From Bryobacterales bacterium (GTDB lineage Bacteria; Acidobacteriota; Terriglobia; Bryobacterales; UBA6623), in contig OZ241997.1 of the NCBI GenBank assembly GCA_965204435.1, positions 4,899,212 through 4,963,211 on the forward strand: DNA of 64,000 nucleotides, read 5' to 3'. A program made the position numbers and the translations under genes. The notes under the pieces were generated by a model, which had not been told where the DNA came from, did no database searches, and saw only the letters and a list, made by a program, of their open reading frames with translations. This document shows, in pieces, positions 38,766 through 49,137 of this stretch; the stretch's first letter is position 1; every line of letters begins with the position of its first letter.

Positions 38766-38996
38766 ATGCCTGCAAGAGTCCTTGTAGCCTCTATCGCCGC
38801 CCTCGCGATTGGATGTGGTGGCAAAGGCTCGCGAGACTATCCACCCTATTTCCCTTGGGAAACGCCTGTTTTGGAAACACCTAGTCAATACGAAGCGGCT
38901 GCCGAGGCTGAACAGTCCCTTGACGATCTAGAAAAGCTTCGAATGCCTGCCTCAGATCCCGATCATCCGTCATTTGATTCGACAGCAAATCAGTAG
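38766..38996 (+). CDS. hypothetical small lipoprotein
   Basis: 76 aa. MPARVLVASIAALAIGCGG is a signal peptide with a lipobox Cys. It lies in a patch of visibly lower GC. No family recognised. Confidence 0.35.
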   Translation: MPARVLVASIAALAIGCGGKGSRDYPPYFPWETPVLETPSQYEAAAEAEQSLDDLEKLRMPASDPDHPSFDSTANQ

Positions 38997-39311
38997 CCTG
39001 ATCGTGAGGTTACGCTTTCAGTAACCGCAATCGTCGGCGCAACAGAGGCATTGGCTGCGATCCCAACGAGCATTGGGATCTTGGCTGTGCTGGCCTTGGC
39101 CGTTACGCTGAGAGCGTAGCTGTTCATTACGCCAGCGGTTCAGGAGCGGGTGGAGGCGGCCATCAAGCAGGCGCTGCAGGGTGTATGACCGAGCTTGAGA
39201 GGCAGCTCAGGCTGGATCGCACTTGGTGGTGTACAGCCAAATGTCTTGCTCGACGCCAACTTGGCGGATTTCTGAGTGGGGATCAATTCGGCGGCTCGTG
39301 CGCCGATCGCG

Positions 39312-39350
39312 CTTTCCACGAGAAACGGCTCCCGGCTTGCGCCGGGAGCC
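39312..39350 (-). terminator. rho-independent-type terminator after the receptor-like gene
   Basis: A 10-bp perfect stem, cggctcccgg / ccgggagccg (39325-39350), with loop cttgcg, sits 27 nt past the stop. On the minus strand it is followed by TTTCTCG. Confidence 0.55.
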
Positions 39351-39377
39351 GCGGCTAGTTCGAACGTTTGCGGGATG

Positions 39378-42300
39378 CTAGAACGTGATCCGCAACCCGA
39401 GCTGCATGATGCGCCGGCTGTTGGGCAGGGTGTTCGTCACCAAGCCGAACGTGCCGCTGCCGAGCGACGTGTTGGGGATATTGAAGGCGGGCGTGTTGGC
39501 TGCGTCGTACGCCTCCCAGCTGAAGCGGGCGCGCCAATTCTCGCCCCAGCGGAAGTTCTTGGCAAGCATGACATCAAAGTTGATCCGCATGGGTCCGCGA
39601 ATGCCGGGCAGCGTCCGCCCCGCGTCGCCGAGCGTGAACGGCGCCGGATTCTCGAATGCGGCCTCGTTGAGCCAGTTGTGCCCGATCACTCCGTCCGCCG
39701 CTTGCTTTTGAGTCGAAGACTTGAAGGGAGCACCCGTGAGGTTCGGCCTCAGGGCGACGCCAGCGGCTAGATCTCCGCGCAAGTTGCCTCCGCCGTCTAT
39801 GTTCACGCCCATGTAGCCGCCGCTGCGAACCGTCCCTACGGTCGACAGCTGCCAGCCGCCGGCCACTGCGTCAAGCACCTTGTTCCAACTCGACCCCCAG
39901 CGGCGGTTCCTGCCGAATGGCAGTTCAAAGATTGGGGCAAACACTATGCGGTGCGGCAGTCGGTTCACCGAACTGGAACGCTCGTCGCTGAGGTCGTAGA
40001 TGTTCTGGGGATTGTCGTTGTCGCCGAACGTGTCGCCGTCGCCGATGAAACGAATGTTGTCAATCCACTGAATGTGTGTGTAGGCAACGGTCCAGCCCAG
40101 TCCGTTCTGGTAGCGTTTCTCCGACTTGAAGGTGAGCGCGTAGTAGTTCGAGATGCCCCAGTTCGGTGACATCAGCTGGATCTGGTCTTGATTCCCCTGC
40201 CAAGCCACCCATGGCCGGAAGTCCTCGATGTTCGCTCCCGGCGCATTGGCCGCTGCGAGATGTTCGGGGCGGATATGGTTGATGTTGAGGTTGTTGATCG
40301 CTTGGTGGCGGGCCAGAGCGCCCATGAACCCGAAGTCCCAGAGCACGCCCTTCCAACGCGTCTGCAACGTCAAGTTGAAGTTCTGCGAATAGGGCAGCAC
40401 TCGATCTTGGTTCCAGAACTGAATGGTGGACGTCTCGAAGCGCGTGCCTACCGCGCCGAAGCCTCCATGCAACTCGGATTCGGGTATGTCGTCCAAGGCG
40501 CCTGCCGGGACGCCATCGCGCAGGTAGCCGCTCAAGCCTCCGCGTACGCGGAAGATGTTGTCGAATCCGGCCCGACCCGGCTGGATGGAGTTGCGGTCGT
40601 AGGGATTGCCGAAGAAGATCCCGAAGCCGCCGCGCAGCACCATCGAGCTATCGTCCTTGAGTCGGTAGGCGAAGCCGAAGCGCGGCGCGAAATTGTTCTT
40701 GTCCCACTGCCAGAGGTACTTGCCGGTGCCGTCGCGATTCGGGAAGAGCACCCTCCCGATCGCGCCTTCGGGGATTCCGTTCTGGCCAGCCAGCGGATGC
40801 GGGCAGTACTCGCAGAAGCCGTTCATGCGTCCCCCCACTTCGTAAATCGGGGTCTCTGTCTCGTAGCGCAGGCCGATGTTCAGCGTCAGGCGCTGGGTAG
40901 CTCGCCAATCGTCTTGGAAGAATCCCGACCAATACTTGATCCGCTTGCCGATTCCGGGCGCGACGCGCGTGTCGAGATTCCACACACGCCCGAGCATAAA
41001 GTCGGCAAAGGCAACGCCCGTGTTGTTGTTGCGCCCTCCTCCCGACAGTTTCCACTCGCCGGTTAGGTGGCCCGTCGACCGCCAGTGTCCGGAGGGCTGG
41101 GGACGGCTGACCTCATTGCCTTGGTAGGACGTGTACTTCCCGCCGAACTTGAAGGTGTGGTTACCCCTGATCTTGGTGAAGTTGGCTTCGTAGTCGAAGT
41201 TGGTGAAGACCGCGAACCGGTGGGCGTTGCCCAAGGCGCCGATCCACGACATCGGCACGCCGCGGCCACCCCCGAAGTTAAAGCGCGGGAAGACCTCGCC
41301 GCCTTTTTCGAGGCCGGGAATGCCAAAATGATCGGCGTAGTTTGTATCGCAGCAATCTCCCGATTTCCTGTCTACCGAGACTCGATTGAACCCGATGATC
41401 GATGTGACGAAGAATGTCGGGTTGAAGGTGTAGGTATTGTTGAGGCCCCAGTTCTGGCGGCGGTTCAGGATTGCAATTCCCCCCGGATCCGCGATCCCGT
41501 ATCCCTGGGTGTAGTCGGTCACCGTGTCATCCGGCTCGGTCAGGATCATGCGCATGAAGGTGCGCCACTTGTCCGAGTAGTTGTGATCCAACCGAAACGT
41601 GTGGTAGTCGCGATTGCGCGCCCGGTCGGCGGCCTCGCGCCAATTACCTGCGAGGTTGTTTAGGTTGTTCGGCACACGGTTGGGGTCCGGTATGTAGCTG
41701 GCTGCCTTGACCGCCACCGGGTCCAAGCGATCCACGGGGATCGTGTTGTCTGGGAATGGGGATGCTCCCCGGGGTCTGGTGAACGATCCGCCTTGGCGCG
41801 TCATGGGGTCATAGATTGGCACGAACACCGCCCGCCCGCCCGCGTTGCGAGTGGCGCGCGAGAAGTTGCCGGTTCGGAATTCTGGCAGGCCGACATTGCG
41901 CGTGCGAATCAAGCCGAGCTTCTCTCGAAAGACGTCGATGTTATAGAAGAAGAACGTCTTGTTCTCGGCAATTGGGCCGCCGATCGAGATGCCGCCGTTG
42001 TTGCGCCGAAGCTTGGGCTTGGCGTCTTGGTTCCACCCGGCTGCGTCGAAGGCGTCGTTGCGCACGAAGTGGTAGATGCTGCCGTTCCAGCTGTTCGTGC
42101 CGCTGCGAGTGAGTGCCTGCACCACGCCCGCCGAGCTGCGGCCGTATTCGGCACCCATCGAGTTGACCTCCACCTTGAACTCTTGCATCGAGTCGACAGG
42201 TGGGGCCATCTCGATATTCTGTACGCCTAGCCCGCCCCGCGTGTTGTTCACGCCGTCAATGTAGGATCCCGTCGAGCGGGAGCGGCCCCCTCCAATGGAA

Positions 42301-42827
42301 ACGTACCCATTCGACTCGGAGCGGGATGCGCCGGGCACCAAGTTCACGAGGTTAAAAATGTCGCGGTTCGGTAGCGGCAGCTCTTGAATCTGTTCCGTGG
42401 CGACGGTACCACCAACCGAACCGGAGGTGGTCTGGACCTGAAGCTGTTCCGCGTTGACCTCGACTGTCTCGGTCACCGCACCGATCTCCAGCGCGAACGA
42501 CTGCGTGATTTCTGACGCCACGTTGAGGCGCAGGCCGCGTACCTCGGCTGACTTGAAGCCATCGGCCGAGGCAGAGATGTTGTACTCGCCCGGTGGCATG
42601 TTGGGCACGGCGTAGACGCCGTTGATGCCGGTCTCGGAGGGAGTCTCCACGCCGGTCTCGGCGTTGACGATTGAGATCTGCGCACCGGGAATCACTGCCC
42701 CGGTGGCGTCGCTTACGGTCCCGTTGATCGTGCCAGCCGCACCTTGGCCCCATGCGAGGGCCGGCAGCAGCACCGCCAATGTCCACCCTGCGAACAGGCG
42801 GACCTTCAATCCTTGATTAGCTCTCAT
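39378..42827 (-). CDS. CarboxypepD_reg-domain TonB-dependent-receptor-like outer membrane protein
   Basis: 1149 aa. Signal peptide LAVLLPALAWGQGA. INGTVSDATGAVIPGAQISIVNAETG...PGEYNISASADGF. Plug-like region VEVNAEQLQVQTTSGSVGGTV...LPLPNRD. It ends with the canonical MQLGLRITF. Confidence 0.85.
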   Translation of the reverse strand: MRANQGLKVRLFAGWTLAVLLPALAWGQGAAGTINGTVSDATGAVIPGAQISIVNAETGVETPSETGINGVYAVPNMPPGEYNISASADGFKSAEVRGLRLNVASEITQSFALEIGAVTETVEVNAEQLQVQTTSGSVGGTVATEQIQELPLPNRDIFNLVNLVPGASRSESNGYVSIGGGRSRSTGSYIDGVNNTRGGLGVQNIEMAPPVDSMQEFKVEVNSMGAEYGRSSAGVVQALTRSGTNSWNGSIYHFVRNDAFDAAGWNQDAKPKLRRNNGGISIGGPIAENKTFFFYNIDVFREKLGLIRTRNVGLPEFRTGNFSRATRNAGGRAVFVPIYDPMTRQGGSFTRPRGASPFPDNTIPVDRLDPVAVKAASYIPDPNRVPNNLNNLAGNWREAADRARNRDYHTFRLDHNYSDKWRTFMRMILTEPDDTVTDYTQGYGIADPGGIAILNRRQNWGLNNTYTFNPTFFVTSIIGFNRVSVDRKSGDCCDTNYADHFGIPGLEKGGEVFPRFNFGGGRGVPMSWIGALGNAHRFAVFTNFDYEANFTKIRGNHTFKFGGKYTSYQGNEVSRPQPSGHWRSTGHLTGEWKLSGGGRNNNTGVAFADFMLGRVWNLDTRVAPGIGKRIKYWSGFFQDDWRATQRLTLNIGLRYETETPIYEVGGRMNGFCEYCPHPLAGQNGIPEGAIGRVLFPNRDGTGKYLWQWDKNNFAPRFGFAYRLKDDSSMVLRGGFGIFFGNPYDRNSIQPGRAGFDNIFRVRGGLSGYLRDGVPAGALDDIPESELHGGFGAVGTRFETSTIQFWNQDRVLPYSQNFNLTLQTRWKGVLWDFGFMGALARHQAINNLNINHIRPEHLAAANAPGANIEDFRPWVAWQGNQDQIQLMSPNWGISNYYALTFKSEKRYQNGLGWTVAYTHIQWIDNIRFIGDGDTFGDNDNPQNIYDLSDERSSSVNRLPHRIVFAPIFELPFGRNRRWGSSWNKVLDAVAGGWQLSTVGTVRSGGYMGVNIDGGGNLRGDLAAGVALRPNLTGAPFKSSTQKQAADGVIGHNWLNEAAFENPAPFTLGDAGRTLPGIRGPMRINFDVMLAKNFRWGENWRARFSWEAYDAANTPAFNIPNTSLGSGTFGLVTNTLPNSRRIMQLGLRITF

Positions 42828-42907
42828 TGTTCACTCCAATCACTCAGACTTGCCTCGCGGGCCGGGGCATCGGCACCGCGCGACCTTTCCAAACTAGCCA
42901 TCCGGCG

Positions 42908-42956
42908 ATTCGACAGCAAGAGCCGCCTATTCGACAGCAAGAGCCGCCGATTCGCA
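42908..42956. repeat. 21-bp tandem direct repeat (2 full units plus a 7-bp partial) upstream of the receptor-like gene
   Basis: attcgacagcaagagccgcct (42908-42928), attcgacagcaagagccgccg (42929-42949), then attcgca. Confidence 0.9.
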
Positions 42957-42987
42957 TTGCATGGCCCGTTCACAACCCCCGCCCGCG

Positions 42988-43017
42988 ATTTTATGGAATG
43001 CCGCCACCTGAAGTCAA
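42988..43017 (-). promoter_or_regulatory. candidate sigma-70-type promoter for the receptor-like gene
   Basis: The minus strand reads TTGACT-N18-TAAAAT (-35 at 43017-43012, -10 at 42993-42988). This would place the 21-bp repeats in the transcribed leader. Confidence 0.3.
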
Positions 43018-43113
43018 GGGCTGTTTTCTGCGCAGCCCCGGCATTCGGCGATCTTCCGTTGGTGCCCCCCCGAGGCGCGCAGCGGGGCTGAGCTTGCCAT
43101 CGCCGCGGCCAAG

Positions 43114-44583
43114 TCATCGCGAGACGCCCTCACGCCTTCGCTTCGTGTCGATGCCCAGCCGTTGGAGCTTTTGGTTGAGCGTGGAAAGGGCGACGCCCAG
43201 CGCCTTGGCCGTCTCGGTCTGGCTGTATCCGTGTCGCTCAAGCTCGCCCAGCAGGACCTGACGTTCAAAGCGCTCCACAATATCGGGCAAGCTCTCGCCC
43301 GGGCGCCGGGCGTGGATGTCCTGCTCCGACGACTGCGGTGCCGCAGCGCCTGCCGCTTCCCGGATGGGGGCGGGCAGCACGTCCGTGCCGAGTTCTTCCT
43401 GAGTCGCCAGCACTACCGCCCGCTCGACCACGTTGCGCAGCTCCCTGACATTGCCCGGCCAGCTGTGCGACATGAGGAGCTGCTGCGCTTCGGGAGCGAA
43501 CCGCAGCGTCGATCTTCGGTCAGGTCCGAGAAAATGATTGCTCTCCCGCCGGCAAAACTGCGTCAGGAATTCCTCGACCAGCACCGGGATGTCCTCGGTC
43601 CGCTTGCGCAGGGGGGGCAATTCGATCCCGATTACGTTCAGCCGGTAGTAGAGGTCCTCGCGAAAGCGGCCGGCAGCGACGGCAGCCTGCAGGTCCTCGT
43701 TAGACGCCGCGATGATCCGCACGTCCACCCGCCTGCGCTCGTTGGACCCGACGGGCACGATCTCTCGCTCTTGGATCACGTGCAGCAGCTTGGCCTGGGT
43801 CTCCAGCGACAGGGCCCCGACTTCGTCAAGGAAGATCGTGCCGCCAGCGGCGGTCTCGAAGCAGCCCTGCCGATCGCGCTCGGCACCGGGAAACGCACCC
43901 TTGACGTGGCCGAACAACGAGGATTCAAGCATCTCGCCCGGAATCGTTGCAGAGTTCACGGTGAGGAAGTTCGCCTCGGCGCGGGCGGAGTTCCTGTGAA
44001 TCGCGCGCGCCACCAACTCCTTGCCGGTGCCGCTCTCGCCCGTGACGAGCACCGTCGAAGTCGTGCGGGCCACCTGGTGGATCATCACCAACACGCTGGT
44101 AATCGCCTCCGACTTGCCGATCAGGTCGTTCACCGAGTCGGCCTGCCCGAGTTCGTCCCGCAAGCGGGCGTTCTCGGTCTCCAGCCGCTTTCGCGCCAGC
44201 TGCTGCTCGATCTCCAGCAGCAGCTGGCGGTTGTTCCAGGGCTTGGTCAGAAAGTTGGCAGCGCCTCGGCGCGTGGCCTCCACGGCTGTCTCGATCGAGC
44301 CGTACGCGGTCAGCATGAGCACCGGGGTGTCAGGTCTGACCGCAACGATGTCGGTGAGCACTTCGAGGCCAGTCCGGTCCGGCAGCATCAGGTCCAGCAG
44401 CACAAGATCACAGGGCTGGCGGGCGAAGACCTCCGTGCATTCCCTTGCCGTACCTGCGGCTAGGGTGGCGTAGCCGGCCGCTTCGACGACGGCCCGCAGG
44501 GATTCTACGATTGCCGGTTCATCGTCAACGATGAGAATGCGAGCCGGGTGCCTGGCGCTAGGGGCGGTCGGTTCTTCAGGCAT
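43114..44583 (-). CDS. sigma-54-dependent response regulator (NtrC/Fis family)
   Basis: 489 aa. REC domain (ILIVDDEPAIV...DLVLLDLMLPD), AAA+ domain (VLVTGESGTGKELVARAIH, GAFPGA, ESSLFGH) and a C-terminal Fis HTH (TAKALGVALSTLNQKL). Confidence 0.9.
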   Translation of the reverse strand: MPEEPTAPSARHPARILIVDDEPAIVESLRAVVEAAGYATLAAGTARECTEVFARQPCDLVLLDLMLPDRTGLEVLTDIVAVRPDTPVLMLTAYGSIETAVEATRRGAANFLTKPWNNRQLLLEIEQQLARKRLETENARLRDELGQADSVNDLIGKSEAITSVLVMIHQVARTTSTVLVTGESGTGKELVARAIHRNSARAEANFLTVNSATIPGEMLESSLFGHVKGAFPGAERDRQGCFETAAGGTIFLDEVGALSLETQAKLLHVIQEREIVPVGSNERRRVDVRIIAASNEDLQAAVAAGRFREDLYYRLNVIGIELPPLRKRTEDIPVLVEEFLTQFCRRESNHFLGPDRRSTLRFAPEAQQLLMSHSWPGNVRELRNVVERAVVLATQEELGTDVLPAPIREAAGAAAPQSSEQDIHARRPGESLPDIVERFERQVLLGELERHGYSQTETAKALGVALSTLNQKLQRLGIDTKRRREGVSR

Positions 44584-47524
44584 GCACCGGTTGCTCGGCC
44601 AGCGGGAACTCCAGTGTAAAGGTCGTTCCCGCCCCGGGTGCGCTCTGGACGGAGATCGTGCCGGAGTGCTCTTGCACGATTCCGTAGCTCACCGCCAGAC
44701 CCAGTCCGGTTCCGCTCCGGGAGTCCTTGGTGGTGAAGAAGGGATCGAAGATCCGCCGTTGCAGTTCCGGCTCGATGCCTGTGCCGGTGTCCGACACCAG
44801 TACCTGTGCCCGCGCCCCGCTGGTCGCATCCGCAGTCATGCGCGTCGTGACGCGCAGAGTTCCTCCGTCGGGCATTGCGTCGCGGGCATTGAGGAACAGG
44901 TTCAACAGCACCTGCTGGAGCTTGCCTCGGTTGGCCCGGATAATCGCGGACGCGTCCAGGCGCGGCTCCAACTGCACGCGGGCTTTTCGCAGTTGGGGCG
45001 AGATCAGCTCGAGTGTGTCGGAAATCGCGCGGTTCAGGTCGCAGCGGGTCATTTCCGCGCCGGAGGTGCGCGAAAAGTCCAGCAGCGAATTGACGATCTC
45101 GCTGGCTCGGAACGTCTGCTCGGTCATCTTGCCCAGCAGTTTCGCCTCTTCGCTTCCCGTGCCGAACCGGTCCGCCAACATCTGGGAATAGGTCGAGATC
45201 ACCGCGAGCGGCGTGTTCACCTCGTGGGCCACTCCGGCTGCCAGCAGGCCGACCGAGGAGAGTCTGTCCGCCTGCAGCACGGCCTCTTCAAGCTCCGCCC
45301 TCTCTGTGACGTCGTCGACGATCAGCAGTCTCCCGACTGGCTCGAATCCCTTCGTGACGAGCGGCGCGACGGCCAGGTTGATAAGGCGGTCGGCGTTGTC
45401 GGCAGGATCCCGCGGGCGGAATTCCTCGGGGAGCTCGGCAGAGCGCAGCAAGAATTTGTGCACGGTGCCGGAACCGGACTCGTCCACGCAGTCGTTGACC
45501 CGCTCGATCAGGGAGGCAGGGAGCAGCTTGTCGAGCGGACGGCCCACGGCGTTCGCCCGCGATATGTGTAGCGCGAGCTCTAGCTGGGTGTTCCAGCTCT
45601 GCACGCGACCCTCCGTGTCCAGGACCACGATGCCGACCGAGAGAGACTCGACGATGTTCTCGTTGAAGTCTTTGAGACGTTGGTTCTGTGCCGCCCTCGC
45701 ACGCAGGGAGGAGTACAGGCGCGCGTTCTCCAGGGCGATTGCGAGCGGGCCGGCAACCGTCTCGGCCAGGGCCACATCTTCGCTGGTGAGCAGCTCGCCG
45801 CGCTTCGTGCGCCCCAAGCCGATCCACACGAGCAGCTGGTCTCGCAGCAGACAAGGCACGAAGTGCCACATGCCGAAGACCCCTGACGAACGGTCTCGCA
45901 CGTCGCTGGAACGCTCCGCCACCGAGAATGGCCGGACGCGGTCGCCGTCTTCGGTTTCGAGCAGCTCGATGCGGCGCGGGCTGTCCCATTCGCTTTCATC
46001 CAGCCCGCGGCTCCAGAGCAGGCCGAACTGCATGCCGGCGCCCTCCGCTGGTTCGATCGGCACAAGGACAGCCGCGCGCTCAAGGTGAAGGGTCTGAACG
46101 AGCCGATTGCCGGCGGAGGCCACCATTCGGTTCAGATCCGTCTCGGCGGCGAGCTCGGCCGCAAAGTCTGCCAAGGTGCGCCGCTCTTGGTAGCGCTCGC
46201 GGTACGCCCGGCGCTCCAGCGTGCGCGCCAGCCAGTCGCGCACTGGATGGTACGCAGCTGCCGCCAGAGACAGCGACAGCAGCCACACTATAGGGCCGTA
46301 GTTGTCGAGCCACGGCTTGGGCATGGCCCCGCCGAACAGCACGGCCGCACCGATGGCCAACAGCAGGCCGAGGGCGACGGAGGAGGCGATGGCCCGCCGC
46401 CAGACCAAGCTGAAGTCCAGCAGGCGATAGCGGAATAGCGCGACAGCGATTGCCAGGGGCAGTGCCCCTAGCGAGAGTACCGAGAAGGCTTGGTTCGGGC
46501 CCGGAGCGGTTCCGGCCGCGAACGGCACCACGTAGAAGATTCCGAACGGAGCCATCGCGGCTGCCGCACCCAGGCCCAGCCAGCGGCGCTGCAACCGGTG
46601 CACTGGATCGGCGGTATCGCGGGTCCCCAGCCACACCACGCTTGCGGCCGCGAGCCCGTTCAAGACCAGCAGCACTAGCGGGGCCGTTTCGAAGAATCGG
46701 AACAGGGCCTCGTCGCCGATGCCGCCCGACACCCAGCCTCCAGCGGTGGCATGGTGCGCCGCCCCGACCGCCACGGCAAGTCCGTACGAGCAAGCTGATA
46801 GTCGCCCGTGCCGCTTCTCCCCGTCTGGGAAGCGCAGGCAGAAGTCCAACAGCAACGCCGGCATCCAGAGCAGGGCCCAAACATCGATCCAGTAGACGAG
46901 CCGGTCGATTCCTGACAACTCCCCGGTGGAGCTGAGAGCGTAGACAGCGCACGAAGCGAGGCAGAAGGCATAGAACAGGCCGGAAAGCGGGTGGCCCGGA
47001 CTGCGCGCCCAGACCAGCAAGCCGATCAGGGCGTAGCTCCATCCCAGCACCAACAAGAACCCGCCCAGCGCTCCGCGGCCGGCGCCTTCCCCGACCGCGA
47101 CCGACAGGCTAATGCGCTTGTCATCGCGGTCAATGCGGTAGTCGGCACGGGATCCCGCCCCGACGTCGCTCAAGATGCGGACCACGTCCAACGCCTCGTG
47201 GACCGGTCTGCCGTCGATAGATGCCAATATGTCGCCCGGCCGCACTCCCACCAGCGCGGCCGGGCTGTTTGGCGTGACGCGGACGGCCGACACCCCGGCC
47301 TCCGAGTCCGCCCACATGATCCCGTCCTCCGGCACCCCGAAGCGGCCCCGCTCCGCCCAATTCACGAGCGAGAGCGTGCCGAGCGCCACCGCGAGGATGA
47401 CGCCGAGCGACAGCCGCCTCGACAATTCACGGGACCGAACCATGTGAATCTGCGACGGAATTCGCAATACCGCGAAGCCCGCCTCGAATGTCCACACTAT
47501 AGAGGATGCAGCTTGCGAATTCAA
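44576..47524 (-). CDS. sensor histidine kinase: PDZ + polytopic membrane region + GAF-like + PAS + HisKA + HATPase
   Basis: 982-aa ORF (alternative ATG at 47443). PDZ-like AALVGVRPGDILASIDGRPV, then about 8 hydrophobic segments. PAS region IVESLSVGIVVLDTEGRVQSWN. H-box GVAHEVNTPLAVI. N/G boxes LLNLFLNARDAM and DTGTGI...GTGLGLAVS. It overlaps the regulator gene by 8 nt. Confidence 0.85.
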   Translation of the reverse strand: MNSQAASSIVWTFEAGFAVLRIPSQIHMVRSRELSRRLSLGVILAVALGTLSLVNWAERGRFGVPEDGIMWADSEAGVSAVRVTPNSPAALVGVRPGDILASIDGRPVHEALDVVRILSDVGAGSRADYRIDRDDKRISLSVAVGEGAGRGALGGFLLVLGWSYALIGLLVWARSPGHPLSGLFYAFCLASCAVYALSSTGELSGIDRLVYWIDVWALLWMPALLLDFCLRFPDGEKRHGRLSACSYGLAVAVGAAHHATAGGWVSGGIGDEALFRFFETAPLVLLVLNGLAAASVVWLGTRDTADPVHRLQRRWLGLGAAAAMAPFGIFYVVPFAAGTAPGPNQAFSVLSLGALPLAIAVALFRYRLLDFSLVWRRAIASSVALGLLLAIGAAVLFGGAMPKPWLDNYGPIVWLLSLSLAAAAYHPVRDWLARTLERRAYRERYQERRTLADFAAELAAETDLNRMVASAGNRLVQTLHLERAAVLVPIEPAEGAGMQFGLLWSRGLDESEWDSPRRIELLETEDGDRVRPFSVAERSSDVRDRSSGVFGMWHFVPCLLRDQLLVWIGLGRTKRGELLTSEDVALAETVAGPLAIALENARLYSSLRARAAQNQRLKDFNENIVESLSVGIVVLDTEGRVQSWNTQLELALHISRANAVGRPLDKLLPASLIERVNDCVDESGSGTVHKFLLRSAELPEEFRPRDPADNADRLINLAVAPLVTKGFEPVGRLLIVDDVTERAELEEAVLQADRLSSVGLLAAGVAHEVNTPLAVISTYSQMLADRFGTGSEEAKLLGKMTEQTFRASEIVNSLLDFSRTSGAEMTRCDLNRAISDTLELISPQLRKARVQLEPRLDASAIIRANRGKLQQVLLNLFLNARDAMPDGGTLRVTTRMTADATSGARAQVLVSDTGTGIEPELQRRIFDPFFTTKDSRSGTGLGLAVSYGIVQEHSGTISVQSAPGAGTTFTLEFPLAEQPVHA

Positions 47525-47686
47525 GCGGAATTCGGCAGCTAAGCCTTTTGCTGTGAATAAGTTGCACCGCAGCCGCCGGCCGCCGTATCCGTAAATTTGG
47601 ATACGGTTTTCGGGATTACGGATACAGCGGCTCCGGAGCGCCTCTGCGGGCTGCCCCGGCGCAGCGAAACCGCGAATGCGGGAAGG

Positions 47687-49102
<1,416 letters not shown>

Positions 49103-49137
49103 CTACACTGGTACCGGCACAGGATGACGAATCGGTC

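Noticed and set aside
42828-43113. A sigma-54 promoter for the receptor gene directly downstream of the NtrC-type regulator.
   Set aside because: The best minus-strand candidate (GGGCCA-N5-ATGC around 42953-42968) matches only the GG/GC dinucleotides and little else. A sigma-70-like TTGACT-N18-TAAAAT is a better fit.
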